The notes: a model not told the origin generated them from the letters alone. 58,958 bases of DNA, filler included, from Catajapyx aquilonaris (GCA_000934665.2; 2 parts of 2 records of this genome joined end to end with filler, not necessarily neighbours in it); one strand, 5' to 3'; positions 14,680 through 27,092 are shown, numbered from the whole stretch's first letter. A program made the numbers and translations.

Positions 14680-17600
14680 TATCTTAGAAGCCAGTAACAA
14701 AGATGAATTCAAATTTATAAATGTTTCTTCATAAATTGCTTTAATTTCCACAGGGAAGAGACACAAATATTTGCCATTGCAATTTACCAGAGATTTACCT
14801 AGATGCAATGAAACTCTTTGTAACATGTGAATTCGGTATGAAAAGTTCTGGTACTAAAGCTTGTTTTGTTTCTTTCTGTGAAGATGTTTGACTTCACAGC
14901 TGATGATCTGCAAGACCTTGGGGAAATAGGACGTGGGGCTTTTGGTACTGTGAACAAAATGATGCACCGGCGTAGCAGCACAGTCATGGCAGTTAAGGTG
15001 AGATTGATTACTGTGTTTGCAATCAATATCCGCTATGGGAGGGAGTAAAAGGTTAAAAGAAAAGTGGCAAAATGTATACAGTAAAACTTCTATAAGTCGA
15101 ACTTCCCTAAGTCAAAGTTCTCTATAAGGCGAAGAAAATGATGAGTTTGGTTGGTCACAATGTAAAATAATAGGAAATAAACTTCCATAACTCGTATTTC
15201 TATGACTCGAAGAACTCCATAACTCGAAGTGCTGGCGGGGCCTTACGCTGGGATTCAGTCTCCCTAAGTCGAAATTCATGTTGGCGAGGACGGAAAATTT
15301 CCTCATTTCCCAGCCGAAGGGTCGAGAGGAGGCCACATGCACAGAAAGGCTCAATTTCCTGATCTCCGTCTACCAGACGTACCAAAAGAAGTGTTTGACT
15401 CAATTGTGACAATTGAATCCTAGAATCTAAGAGTCTTAGGCAAATGACCATAATGGAGATTTTTTTTACAACAAAACAACGAGGAACATTATAAGTGTGA
15501 TGGTGACAGTTATTTTTAAGTTTTGAATGCCTTTCGTCGCTGGATATAAAGATAGGCTTCCTTACAGAGTTCTGTGCTTTAAAAAAGCCAAACTTCTCTA
15601 ACTCGAATCTTCTATAACTTGGAAGTTTTTTTCCGGTCCCATGGCGATTTGACTTATAGGCGTTTTACTATACATGTTTGTGTGATAATTTTCACAGGAT
15701 GGACTAATGTGTTAAAGGGCCAATGATAATTATTAATTATACAGTGGGCCCTGCCGTATCCACAGAGGTTTGGTTCTAGGACTACCTGCAGATACCAAAA
15801 TCTACAGATGCTCAAGTCTCTTACATAAAATAGCATAGGATATGGATATAGCCTACACACGCCAATACTTTTGAACCGGATATAGTTTATCTCTGCCAAT
15901 CTAGGTAGTGCTGCAGGTGACCTTTCTGAACTGTTCTGCCAAGTGGCAGCATCTAAGGTTGACTGGATCAGTTTCTGTGGGGGGTTTTGTATGGTCGTGT
16001 TAGGGGTGTTCTGCGATACTTCCTGGATCTGGTTTACAGAGTAAATCTTTTTCCTTTCAACTTAATTTTCATTTTCAGGAAGAGGTAGAAGTCACAGGAA
16101 GCTAAATCTGGCGCAAAAGGCGGGTGAGGGATAATCACCATGTTGTGGGACGCGAAAAACTGCTATGTGGCAAATGCGATGTGAGCATGCTCCTTGTTAT
16201 GATGTTGTTTTCGCGCCACTTAGCAGGATGTTTCCTTCGAAAATTAAGCTGAAAGGAAGATTTGAGTATAATTTCACCCACTTTCTAGGGGGTTGTGCTT
16301 GTCAAAGGACGTCCAGAACCATCAATTTAAGTTTTGAACCAATTATACCATTTATATGTAATGTAACTGTTTGCCCTAAACCAGTGGTTCCCAACCTTTT
16401 CGGGCCTTTACACCCCTTTGAGAGCAGTTGGTCCTTCTCGTACCCCCTACCAGGATAACAGATTTACAGAATCGTTGACATTTAACTAATCCGTGATAAT
16501 CGTGATAACTACCTTATTATCAATATTTTGGGACCAGACCGAAGCAGTGGTGGAGTGGATAAGGTGTTTGACTGCTAATCGGGAGGCCCTGGGTTCGAGT
16601 CCCAGGGCCGGCAATCGTAACTGTGGTTTTCTATGGTTTCCCACGGTCCTCCCAGGAGAATTCCGGGATTGCTTCCTAAATAATTAGGCCACAGCCGCTT
16701 CCTTCCGTCTCTATCCTATCCCAAAAAGCAAAGTAAAAATAAAAGCAAAGAGTTCCATTCAAAACAAAATTACCTTCGTACCCCCAAGAGGACCACCTGG
16801 CACCCCCATGGGGGTACGGATACCCCTGGTTTGGAACCCCTGCCCTAAAGTGTCGTCACAGAATGCATCTTGTAGCATCTTGTGAGTTTCTGCAGCACTT
16901 GCCAAGTTTAAAACATAACTTGAGGCTATTCTTTCCGGTCATGAATTTCCACCCCCAGTAGAATCACAAAACACACCAAGCAAAAGGCTACAAAAGGCAG
17001 ATTGGAAAGGTGCATATCTGGACCACACACTTTTGTCACCCATACAACTACCCTGTGATCATATGTGTAAATTGTGGGATATGGGAGAAAAATGAAAGAG
17101 ACTGAAATGAAGTTGCCACGGGATAAAATGAATCACTACCATCAGTATCATGGTCATCATCATATTTCCTTCCCCTTAACCTTTACTGAGATATTGGCCA
17201 TTCCCATAATCAGGTGTGCACTTTGTTACATTATTACACACATCACAAGTAGGCTCCAATGCTTCCTTAACACCTTTGCTACCAGCTAGGCTGAAAACTC
17301 CTAGATTTTCACTTACGTGTACTCTGATGATACGGACAAGATATTTTACTAATAATAATAATAATATAAATAATAAGTTTTATTAACCTGCTAGGCTTTT
17401 TGGGCCTTTCTGCAGTTCAGGATATTTTACTAATAATAACAGTCATACAGATACTTACCTGTTCATGCGAAACACTACGAATGTGTTGGGAAACATTTCC
17501 CTCGTCCAGAAGTTTCTAAATTAATTTGAAAAAATATCACTGTTAAAAATCACAATTCAAGTGCTACAGGACAACTCTTAGGCTGATTTAATTATGAAAT

Positions 17601-20600
17601 ACATTAAAACACATGGGACATCTACCTTGAGAATCCTTCCAGACAAATTTGCTGAAATCATTGTACTTTGCAAGAATTAAATTAATACTTACCTGCGGCT
17701 TGCTGGCACTTTGGAAAACACCAAATTAATTAATTTCTCGCGAAGTACGTACAACAATTTGAGCAAATTCGTCTTGTTTGGTTCTCAAGGTACATATTCT
17801 GTATATTTTAACGTATGTCATAATTAAGTAAATCAGCCTAACAGTTGGTGATAGTAGTTGAATTTTGAGTTTTTACAGAGATATTTTTGAAAATTCATTT
17901 TGGGACTTCTAGATGAGGAAAATGTTTCCCAACACATTCATAGTGTTTTACATAAACAGGTAAGTATGTATGTTATTATTTGTATTTATTTATTTATTTA
18001 ATGTTGCCCCACGATAGAACCAGAGGCCCTCTTAGGGGGGTGGAATACCACCAGTGTACCACCAATTTGCTGCGTTTTTTCTTCGGTCACCATGCAAGGA
18101 TGAAAGGACATGAGGTAGTGATGGAGATTTCTGGGGAGGAGACACAGGTGCAAGTGCAATGTTAGAAAAGGGGTCATGTGCAGTCTCCCAGGAGGTTAGG
18201 TTGCCAGACGCCTCCAAGGCGCGGGTCAGAGACCCTCCTGACGCAGGTGAAAGGGAACTCCTGGGCAGGGATGAACCTGGGACCTTTCACTCAGCAAGCC
18301 GAGTCGTTACCAACTCAGCCACCATGCCTCCCCTAGCTGTTATGATTTGTAAAATATCTTTTCCATATCTTCCGAGTACCCGTAAGCGAAAATCTAGGCG
18401 TTTTCGGCCTGGCTGGTAGCAAAGGGGTTAAGGTAAATGAGTATTCATAATAATGAGTAAGTGCATGTGTGTGCATAACCAGTGTACACAGTTCAAAGAG
18501 GAATGGCCAACTCGACCCCTTCATGCCCAATGAGCCACATGCATAGGAGACATGATTTTAAAAGGCAAGCCATATGGATGGGGTTATTTTTTTGTGCACA
18601 CAGATATCAACAAATTCCCCATGTTTCACTGTCACGATATACTGTACATAATAGTGATATTCCCCTTTCCTGTAATAAGTGTACATGGGATGTGTCCTAC
18701 CTATGACCTCTACTGCTAAGTCATTTGTGTTCATGCTTGGCATTTATTCACAGCGAATACGTTCCACTGTTGACGAGAAGGAGCAGAAACAACTTCTGAT
18801 GGATTTGGAAGTTGTAATGAAGTCTAATGATTGTCCATACATTGTTCAGTTTTACGGAGCCATCTTTAAGGAGGTGAGCATCTTCATGATTTTTGCGGAT
18901 TGTACCCAAATTTATGAATATATTTCATTTCAGGGTGATTGTTGGATATGTATGGAGGTCATGGACACTTCATTAGACAAGGTGTACAAGTTTGTGTACA
19001 GAAAATTAAGGCAAACAATTCCAGATGACATTTTGGGGAAAATAACAGTAGCAGTAAGTAAATAATGTCTTCCTTAGTTATAATGTTTATCATCAGAGAT
19101 ACTAATGTTATTGAAATTTTCATAGTCAAACATGGAGGGTATTGCCTGTAACTCAGTTTCTCCTTTACAGACTGTGAAAGCACTCAACTATCTGAAGGAA
19201 AAGCTAAAAATTATTCACAGGGATGTAAAACCAAGCAACATACTGTTGGATCTGAGGGGAAACATTAAATTATGTGATTTTGGCATCTCAGGGCAACTTG
19301 TAGACTCAATAGCACGAACACGTGATGCAGGATGTAGGCCATATATGGCGGTAAGTGATACTAAAGGATTATTTTGGTTGTGTCTAACACATAAGTGGTG
19401 TTTGAACTTCACATGTCATGTATACAGGGTGGACCAACTTCAAGTGTCGTTTTATAACGGCGATTAATAGCAGTGATTTTGCGATGACGTAGCAACAACG
19501 TGTAAAATGTCCCACTTTGGCCCCATCAAAAATATTAGCTGCCAATAGCAGCTCACGTGTATTAAATCAACCCTGCTGCTGGGTTGACCTGGAAAAAAGT
19601 AGGTCCACACATGACCTGAGATGCGCCTGGGTGAAATGGGTGACGCCCAAGGTACCAGATGGACTCGTAATGCATTACATATGTGCTGCTATTGGCAGCT
19701 AATATTTTCGATGGCGCCGAAGTGGGCCATTTTACACGTCGCTGCTACGTCAATCGTAAAGCGCTTCTATTAAAGGGACACTCCACTCAAAATACAAGTT
19801 GGGTTCTAAAAATGGGGCAAAAAATCCTGATTCCGAGGGTATAAGCAGTTTTTCTTAGAGACGAACGGTAAGGCCAGTGTGAAAGCTGGAAGTGTGTCGT
19901 TCGAAAACCGCGCGCGGGGCGGTGGGCACAGGTGGCGACGCCACCAGAGTGGAACCGGGCGGAACTAGTCCTTGGTGGCCTGGCGCGGCAGGTGTTTACT
20001 GACTATACTATACTTCTCCGGTTTGCTGCGGGATGGTGTTGAATCGCCCTTCTTAGCAGACGACGCTGGACGACGTGTGTAGATATATGATTTTCCGTGT
20101 TACCGTTGGGTGTAGAAAAAACCGAATGCACATTCGGAGTCGGGATTTTTTTCCCGATTTTTGGGGGCCAACTTGTATTTTGAGTGGAGTGTCCCTTTAA
20201 TAGCCGTTATAAAACAACACTTGTAGTTGGTCCACCCTGTATTAGTAGACCATGACTGAGCATGAGAGGGTCTTATATTCTGGAGTCATACCACCTACGT
20301 CTTTCTCGAGAGTTCCTCTCTTTGAGTTGTAAAGAGTATGCCACCTGCTGTGAGCCTTGACCTTTGTTCTCATGCAACTAAGCTGAATTTAAATATGAAT
20401 ATTTTTAAGGGGGGTGGGGGGACTTAGTAAATCTTAGCACTAAAAAAAACACTTTCAGATTTTGGAGATTTTCAATTTTTGGAATTTCAGATAAAGAATT
20501 CGTAACATGTAGAGATTATTTTTCAAGTAGGGTATCACGTATTCATAGTTCCATCTGTGACTGGCAACTGTACTTCAAAAACCCATGCAATCTTTCCTTG

Positions 20601-23406
20601 GGCAAACTAGATTTAAGACACTGTTGTAAATATTTGACTTCAGCTTATATTCTACCCAAGGGTTGAATTTTTGCAGTGAAACTTGGCGACAGTTCATGTA
20701 AGTTTTTCTTCCTTACAGCCAGAGAGGATAGACCCTCAAAGAGCAAAAGGATATGATGTCCGTTCAGATGTCTGGTCACTGGGAATTACACTGTATGAGA
20801 TTGCTACAGGAGAATTTCCATACCCCAAGTGGAACTCGGTGTTTGAACAGTTGTATCAGGTGGTGCAGGGTGAGCCACCACGTCTGTCACCCAGTGGTGC
20901 CAATGGAAATGCTTTCTCCATGGAGTTTGTCGACTTTGTGAATACATGGTATGGATCGTTCTGAATTTTCCTGACAATGACAGCAAATCTGCCTTTTGGA
21001 AGTTCAAGAAATTTCAATATAATAGTGCCATGCATTTCAAAAGGCAGGGGCATATGATCGAGGTGTTAGTGAAAGTCCACTGAGTGTGACAATCCCCGCA
21101 TGCTAGGCAGAATGAACTTGTAAATATGGATTTTACCACTGTAAATGGTTTGGGATACAGACCCAGGGCAGTACATTACTCTAGATGGGTTTGAAAACAA
21201 AAATGAACAAGCCCAACAACAATCTGAGCACACAAGGTCCATTTATGATGGGCCCCAATATAGTGGCCTTATTACAGACACTGAATTAAAAGTGAAGCAA
21301 TTGTGGAAGGTTTTGAAAATTTCTTGGAAGAAATATTCTACCATGAAAATTAAAATTATTTTCTTACCAATTGAAGAGGAATGTTTGAAGACTTGGATCT
21401 TCCAAAGCAGAAATAGTAATTCAGTCAATTTGCTGAATAGGTCAGTACTGAAGAATGTTTGTTCTTAAAATGATCTTCCACAAAGGTACTACCTAATTTT
21501 TACGCATCAAGATAACTGATGCATCAATTGCAAGTGTCAAAAAAAGGTTCATATATAAAAGCTAAATAATACGAGATCCCCCCACCCCTACCACCACGTC
21601 ATGCACAATAATATTTGAACCACCAGCACAAAAAATCCTTGCACTCTACACAGTGGGAGTGAATGACAATCATTGATAAATTAGTACATGTCGTTTACAG
21701 GCATATTTTTCCTGAGAGATAGAATCACTTTGTTAAAGTATTTTGTTACCCTCCCTCACGACCCCAAATATTATGTTTGCAACACACAGTTTGGGAAGCA
21801 CTGACTTAGACAGTGGAAGGCCCACAAGTCTGCCTTCCCAAGGTGAAACGTCCTATGTCCAAAACCAGCAGGACGAAAATTGCATGCCGGCAATGCACCC
21901 ATCCCATCTGGGAATGAGGGGGACCACACAAGACCTTCACCTTGACTGGTTTTGGACATAAGACGTTTCACCTTGGGAAGGCAGCAGTGGCCACTCACAA
22001 ATCCATGATATTCATGTGCACAGGATCACAACTTCTGTTATGTTTTGAATAGTAATCCGTTGCTTCTATGAATCTGAAATTACGAGGGCATGCTGATAAT
22101 CATGGGAATATAATTTTTAATACATGTCACAGGACAATGAGGGTGACATCAAACCATATTTTTACTTTTCTTCATAATCACCAGAAACTGCCTTGGGAAG
22201 GCAGAAGTGGCCACTCACAAATCCATGATATTCATGTGCACAGGATCACAACTTCTGTTATGTTTTGAATAGTAATCCGTTGCTTCTATGAATCTGAAAT
22301 TACGAGGGCATGCTGATAATCATGGGAATATAATTTTTAATACATGTCACAGGACAATGAGGGTGACATCAAACCATATTTTTACTTTTCTTCATAATCA
22401 CCAGAAACTAGTAAACTTGCTCCAACGAAGTACCTGTTCTTCCCTCCCATTGGCGTAGGACTCAGGGCTGTGGGAGCTGCACCAAGCGTCAACAGCAGCC
22501 TCAACTAATGCATTGAAGTGGTACCGATTGCCATTCAGGTGCGTCTTCATTTTTGGACAAAGAAAGAAGTTGCAGGGCACAAGATCTGGACTCGATACAC
22601 CGGATGAGGAAGAACGGGGAATTTGAGTATCTGTAGGGCATCCGCAGTGTGAAGGCCTGCGTGCGGTTGAGCATTATCGTAGTGAAAAGTGACATTTTCT
22701 AGGAGCACCCTGTTCACTTGTGCCTGAAACCTCCACAGGGGGTCCACATGCACCTAAGAATTTACAGTTTTGTGACCGGTCAGGAACTTGACGTGCACGA
22801 CACCTTCTCCAGACACTCAAATTCCCGGCACTTCCTCATCCGCCGCATACAACCCAAATCTTGTGCCCTGTGACTTCTTTCTTTTCCCAAAAATGTAGAC
22901 ACCTGATGAAGGACACTCAGTACAATGCATAAGTTGAGGCTGCTGTTGACGCTTCATGCCTCTTACACAGCCCTGTCCCAACGCCGACGGAAGGTAAGAA
23001 TAGGTACATCATTGGCGCAAGTTTACTGATGTTGTGGTGATTATGATGAAATGTAAATATATGGTTTTGCAGAGGAGATTCCGGGCTTTCATTTGATATC
23101 ACTCTCATTGTCATGTGACATGTATTACACAATCTATGTCCATGGAGGCAAAAATTATCAGCATGCCCTGATACTTGTACAAGGATTTAATTATCAGCTG
23201 GTGTTGTTGACTTCACTATCACTAATTCAATCTCTTTCAGTCTCATCAAGGAGGAGAACCAGAGGCCAAAATACAACAAACTGCTGGAGCACCCTTTTAT
23301 TACCCAGGGCGACACAAAGCATGTGGATGTTGCTGGTTATGTGTGTGATGTTCTGCAAAAGATGGCAGAAGACGGGCCCTTCATGTTCACTGTCTACGAC
23401 CAATGA
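1220..23406 (+). CDS. MAP2K4: Dual-specificity MAP kinase kinase 4 (MKK4/SEK1), 9 coding exons: join(1220-1265,1391-1496,13817-13880,14884-14997,18754-18873,18934-19053,19171-19350,20719-20948,23241-23406), 1146 nt, about 381 aa
   Basis: Exons join in frame at GT-AG boundaries. The product has a D-site RRSRLKLSF, then [91 protein letters not shown] and [15 protein letters not shown], all characteristic of MKK4. Confidence 0.95.
1391..1496 (+). CDS. MAP2K4: MKK4 coding exon 2 (JNK/p38 docking site RRSRLKLSF)
   Basis: ttttcag acceptor and AT|GTAGGT donor. Resembles the vertebrate KRKALKLNF D-site. Confidence 0.85.
1997..2946. mobile_element. Non-autonomous hAT-like element with a 5-bp TSD
   Basis: TIR CAGGGTGTCTAGC...GCTAGACACCCTG, CATAA on both sides, and subterminal CCTGGAAA / CAGGGAA repeats. 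Confidence 0.7.
2264..2779. mobile_element. MITE with long TIRs, nested in the element above; second copy at 5551-5872
   Basis: Inverted arms of about 130 bp (AGGACAAGGCACAAAATGTATGGG...), with a near-identical copy 3.3 kb downstream. Confidence 0.8.
2957..3258. mobile_element. Tc1/mariner-pogo-type MITE
   Basis: TA-CAGGCATAC...GTATGCCTG-TA. Confidence 0.6.
3441..3734. mobile_element. Palindromic TA-flanked MITE
   Basis: TA-CAGTGCTGGA...TCCAGCACTG-TA, with arms pairing over most of its length. Confidence 0.8.
4052..4441. mobile_element. TA-flanked MITE
   Basis: TA-CAGTACCCTGCATTAATGGCC...GGCCATTAATGCAGGGTACTG-TA. Confidence 0.8.
5551..5872. mobile_element. MITE, second copy of the 2264-2779 family
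   Basis: Same TIR arms with a shorter internal spacer. Confidence 0.8.
5976..6508. mobile_element. Palindromic TA-flanked MITE
   Basis: TA-CAGGGTGTTTCTTACTAGTATGG...CCATACTAGTAAGAAGCACCCTG-TA, with inverted arms over 200 bp. Confidence 0.85.
8610..9211 (+). mobile_element. About 600-bp Tigger/pogo-like MITE, copy 1 of 3
   Basis: TA-CAGTAAAACTTC TIRs and subterminal TTCGAGTTA repeats; homologous to 15079-15670 and 24562-25134. Confidence 0.85.
10001..10318. mobile_element. PIF/Harbinger-type MITE spanning an N gap (10049-10262)
   Basis: TAA on both sides, imperfect TIR GGGGTCGTGCAAATACCA / TGGTATTTTCACAACTCC, and poly-G tracts. Confidence 0.6.
11391..12770. mobile_element. Foldback element with arms of about 470 bp, interrupted by a SINE
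   Basis: 11391-11707 plus 12083-12240 is the reverse complement of about 12300-12770. Confidence 0.85.
11708..12069 (+). mobile_element. tRNA-derived SINE with (ATT)n tail and 13-bp TSD
   Basis: A-box-like TGGTGCTGCGG, B-box GGTTCGATCC, (ATT)n tail and TSD ATTTGAA(A/G)CATTG. The empty site is visible in the opposite foldback arm. Confidence 0.85.
13817..13880 (+). CDS. MAP2K4: MKK4 coding exon 3 ([21 protein letters not shown])
   Basis: tttcag acceptor and GTGTGT donor. Contains the SGKLKISPE motif; phases are consistent. Confidence 0.9.
14274..14615. mobile_element. TIR element within a (CA)n microsatellite, carrying internal (CCTAA)n
   Basis: 25-bp imperfect TIR GTCTTGACTAAGG..GGGGACGGA, (CA)n at 14246-14265 and 14621-14677, CCTAA repeats at about 14333-14413, and GTGGGGAC/GTCCCCAC motifs. 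Confidence 0.7.
14884..14997 (+). CDS. MAP2K4: MKK4 coding exon 4 (Gly-rich loop, AVK)
   Basis: [26 protein letters not shown]...MAVK, donor GTGAGA. Confidence 0.95.
15079..15670 (-). mobile_element. Tigger/pogo-like MITE, copy 2 (inverted relative to copies 1 and 3)
   Basis: Reverse-complement homology to 8610-9211. Confidence 0.85.
16382..16842. mobile_element. hAT-type MITE containing a tRNA-derived SINE (about 16536-16745, +)
   Basis: CAGTGGTTCCCAACC...GGTTTGGAACCCCTG with an 8-bp TSD CCCTAAA(C/G). The inner SINE has TGGTGGAGTGG and GGTTCGAGTCC boxes. Confidence 0.75.
17451..17967. mobile_element. Palindromic MITE
   Basis: ATACTTACCTGTT...AACAGGTAAGTAT, with long diverged inverted arms. 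Confidence 0.7.
17975..18332 (-). mobile_element. tRNA-derived SINE
   Basis: The minus strand starts GGGAGGCATGGTGGCTGAGTTGG...GGTTCATCCC and ends in an (AAAT)n tail. Confidence 0.7.
18754..18873 (+). CDS. MAP2K4: MKK4 coding exon 5
   Basis: [40 protein letters not shown], cag acceptor and GTGAGC donor. Confidence 0.95.
18934..19053 (+). CDS. MAP2K4: MKK4 coding exon 6
   Basis: [16 protein letters not shown]...ILGKITVA, after a 60-nt intron; GTAAGT donor. Confidence 0.95.
19171..19350 (+). CDS. MAP2K4: MKK4 coding exon 7 (catalytic and activation loops)
   Basis: [11 protein letters not shown] and the SIART activation motif; GTAAGT donor. Confidence 0.97.
19425..20239. mobile_element. TA-flanked palindromic MITE hosting a nested element
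   Basis: TA-CAGGGTGGACCAACT...AGTTGGTCCACCCTG-TA. Confidence 0.8.
19774..20196. mobile_element. Kolobok-like non-autonomous element (TTAA TSD)
   Basis: TTAA-AGGGACACTCCACTCAAAATACAAGTTGG...CCAACTTGTATTTTGAGTGGAGTGTCCCT-TTAA. Purine-purine termini favour Kolobok over piggyBac. Confidence 0.7.
20719..20948 (+). CDS. MAP2K4: MKK4 coding exon 8
   Basis: [22 protein letters not shown]...FVDFVNT, donor TG|GTATGG. Confidence 0.95.
21971..22409 (+). repeat. Near-perfect 220-bp tandem duplication
   Basis: 21971-22189 is repeated at 22191-22409. Confidence 0.9.
22303..23170 (-). pseudogene. Decayed mariner transposon with an internal inverted duplication
   Basis: [27 protein letters not shown] remnants on -, and TIR GAGGGCATGCTGATAAT / ATTATCAGCATGCCC. 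Confidence 0.75.
23241..23406 (+). CDS. MAP2K4: MKK4 last coding exon
   Basis: (C)[20 protein letters not shown]...[11 protein letters not shown]...FTVYDQ then TGA at 23404-23406. Confidence 0.92.
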
Positions 23407-24360
23407 CAGTGGAGTTAGAGGGCAAAAGAAGCCCTCCAAGCACAACACATTTTTGTGTTGCTGGCATTATCTTTCCCCTGACGATTTTACCAGGTTTCAG
23501 TGTTGTTAATGTCTCCTTGCAGTTTTTGTTTTTAAATGAAGCAGTGTTAATTGTGTACATAAGAACATTATTGCATGTTGTACTCTTATGGTATTTATTC
23601 AATTTTAAGGTGATGTCCTGCTTTTATCCAGTTCCCTTCCTCCTGAAAATCACTTGCAACTGTATTTTTCCACAAAATGTAGAGACACTGCCAGTGGGAC
23701 TGTCCCAAGTTCCTTGTAAAGTACAGTACTTGGTCATTACTACACTTAGTGTCGCTTTTATGCTCGCAGCCAATGGACATCATTGCCTCGAGTCGTTGGG
23801 ACAGATGTGCCAAGTCAGTGGATTTGGTCATATTTGTTTACGCTAGGCATGGGAGGCATGGGGCTTTTCTGTCTTCATTGTTGTTGCACTCAACATGTGA
23901 GCTGGTCTTGTCTCTGGGTACGATGGCAATAACATCATCCGAAGCTTGGGAATTTTGCAAATTCCGCAGAGGGTGTACAGGACTTGTACAGAGCTTTAAT
24001 CAATTTCAGGGCACACGTTTTTGTTTCTTCCTGCAATAATATACAATAACGCTGTACCTGCACTGCACTTGTGGCGTTTTTGCACATCTGGCTTTGTGAG
24101 CAGGAGATATGAGAGTTGGTTCAGGTAGCTCAGTTTTATATTTTGGGCACAGCCCTATGTGAGTTTTTATTGTTGATGTCAGGGCATGTACCAAATGGGA
24201 AACTCCTGCATTATAAAATTGTCAGCAAGGTTGACGTTGTTGTACCAAAGCGGTGGCTTTATTCCTTGTTTTTCAGTTTGGTAACGTGCTGGCAAATGAT
24301 GTTCCCAACTTCAGAATATTAAATAGGGTACCGGTAAGTTATTTGGGATTGTAAAGGCTA

Positions 24361-25189
24361 ATTGAAGACCATGGGGGAAGAACAATCAAGGTCCACTTTT
24401 CGTCAAATATAAGTTTCATATCTCTGAAGATAGTTTCACTAGCGTATAATATGATGGTTCGGTCGTTATTGTGCAGTAATGATCATAGTCCAATATGGAA
24501 GGCCCTGAAAGTGGGATTTACAATGGAACCTTATGCGCCTTCGAAGTTTGAAATTGCAATACAGTAAAACTTCTATAAGTCGAATCTCCATAGGACCGGG
24601 AAAAGGCTTCGAGTTAGAGAAGATTCGAGTTAGAGAAGTTTGGATTTTTTAAAGCGCAGAACTCTATAAGGAAGCCTACCTTTATATCCAGCGATGAAAG
24701 GTGTTCAAAACTAATAACTGTCACTATCACGGTGTTCCTCGTTGTTTTGTTGTAAAAAAAATCTCTGTAACGGACATTTGCCTACTCTTAGAGTCAAGGA
24801 TTCAATTGTCACAATAGAGTCAAACCCTTCTTTCGGTACGTCTGGTAGATGGAGATCAGGAAATTGAGCCTTTCTGTGCATGTGGCCTAATCTCGACCCT
24901 TTGGCTGGGAAATGAGAAAATTTTCCTTACTCGCCAACATGAACTTCGGCTTAAGGAGACTCAAAATGCATTGATATCCCATCGTAAGACCCTGCCAGCA
25001 CTTCCAGTTATAGAAATTCGAGTTGGGGAAGTTTATTTCCCATTAGTTTACATTATGACCAACCAAGCTCATAATTTTCTTCGACTTATAGAGAACTTTG
25101 ACTTAGGGAAGTTCGACTTATAGAAGTTTTACTGTATCTCAGTTTTACATGAGGTGGCCCTTGATCATTCTTCCCCCATGGTCTTCAAT
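24361..25189. mobile_element. TIR MITE containing Tigger-like copy 3 (24562-25134), downstream of the MKK4 stop
   Basis: TIR ATTGAAGACCATGGGGGAAGAA / TTCTTCCCCCATGGTCTTCAAT; the inner element has a TA TSD. Confidence 0.75.
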
Positions 25190-27092
25190 AATTATTGTTA
25201 GAAATAGGTTTTGAGCATGCATCCAATCAGATGTTTTGAGTGGATGTATTTTCTAGAATGGCAGTGGACCACACAGAAGCCCTTGCTGCATCTCGCATGT
25301 AGGGAACCACTCTTACAAAGTTCTTGGAAGATTTCGCAAAGTACTGACAAGGCAATAGGATCAATTTACTTGTAATTGACAAGATTCTGCAACGTTAACC
25401 ACAGTAATAATATTGCTATTGCCATAGTCAAGTGATCTTCACTCTGGTAGTGACGAGTACAATGGGCCTTTACCCTATATTGGCCCACCACATAGCTAAA
25501 ATATCACACTTCTTTCTGCTCCAAACACTACTGGCTGAGGTCTCGAACCCGAGACACTGCTGCTGGTAATGTTTGTAGTTCGTATCTGTTCTCAACTACC
25601 AATAGTTAACTATGAGAGAACACAAACTTTAATGAATATGAGCTGTTTCGCAGTGATTCAGAGGAAATGGGCTTCAAACATGAGGTAACTTATTTATTGC
25701 ACTGTTGGCAACAACACATGGTATGGAAAGATACATACAAACATTATATAAAGTGGTGCACTGCCCCAATACAAGATGGGAGTGCATTATGGATTACTCT
25801 TCAGCAATCAGTAAAGCAAAGCAACAATCATGATTAGTGTATGTGTCCTGGATTGTTGTTTCCAATAGGAAGTTTTACCTTAAACTGGTTGCTGGGGTAA
25901 ATAAAATTTAAAAATCCCTAACTTCCAACTTGGACTGAGGCCTGAGGGCAACTGGATTCACAACTAGCTGCAGAAAAATACCTTCAAGTGATATTTGCAA
26001 TAAATAAAAAAGATCCTGACACTGGGAACACCCTGTATAAGTTAATACAAATTGTAATGCTAGCCCTTGGTTAGCCCTTGAGCGGCCCTCGAATGGGCCT
26101 GTGAGTAAGGCACGTCTCATGTTCTAGGAATCCAAGTGTCTACTGAACTGTCGTCGCTAACAACAATACCTGCCAGTTAACGACTGCCAATAGAGCCAAC
26201 AATACACAAATCATAGTTACATCAGGCTACGCCCCTGTTGTCAGGAGGAACCTGAAAAGTTGTTGAGGTACACAGGTTTGTTTTAATAAGTGACCAAGTC
26301 AGGATTATAGCAATAAACCATGTTATTAATGGATTTAAACATACAGAACAAAGTAACCACATAGTAAAAAAAAAATAAAAATTGGCAAAATTTTAGGGAA
26401 AATACCTGGTTACAATGTGCAGTACATGCGCAATCTTGGAGGGACTGATTTTCTGGGAGTCCACTTAGCTTACTCCTGATGACGAGTTGTCCATCCTCCT
26501 GGTCGGGCAGGAAGGCAGGGTGACCATGGAGCATAGAGCACATGCGGTTTGTTAATTTTGAGAATGTCACAAAATAATGTGGAAAAGAAGGGAGAAAAGT
26601 ATATGTTATCTGGTCAAGGAGGCCACACCCAACTTCTTCGAGTCCAGGGTTCAAGCTCTTGGTCTCGCCCAAGTTCCAAAATAAAGAATAAGTTTAATTT
26701 GATGAAAATCAATCTCGTGATTGCCTTTGATTGGTCCAAAGTGACGCCATCAACTAAGTACTATATGCAACAAATTTTAATTGGTTAGAGAGCGATGATC
26801 GAGTGAGGGAGGAAAAAGGAAGTTAACCAAAATCTGACCCCAGAAGGGCAAATACCAAAAGGAGCCTGCATCCTCCCTTACTCAGCAGTTCAGGCAAAAA
26901 AGAGAGGTTGGGCTCAGGAAGCTACCAAACAAAACGCAACAAGGATAAAACAAGAGGGTTTATGGTGGCAAAAATAAGGGGCAGCATAAAATTTTGAGGA
27001 CCTAGAATTTAGGGACATGACAGTTGGCCTACAGCTAAAGAGAGAAATAAAATACCGTATATATTCTAGTAACAAGCTCAATTTACTCTAAC

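Noticed and set aside
23403..24322. Plus-strand ORFs after the MKK4 stop
   Set aside because: No recognisable motifs; consistent with 3'UTR sequence.
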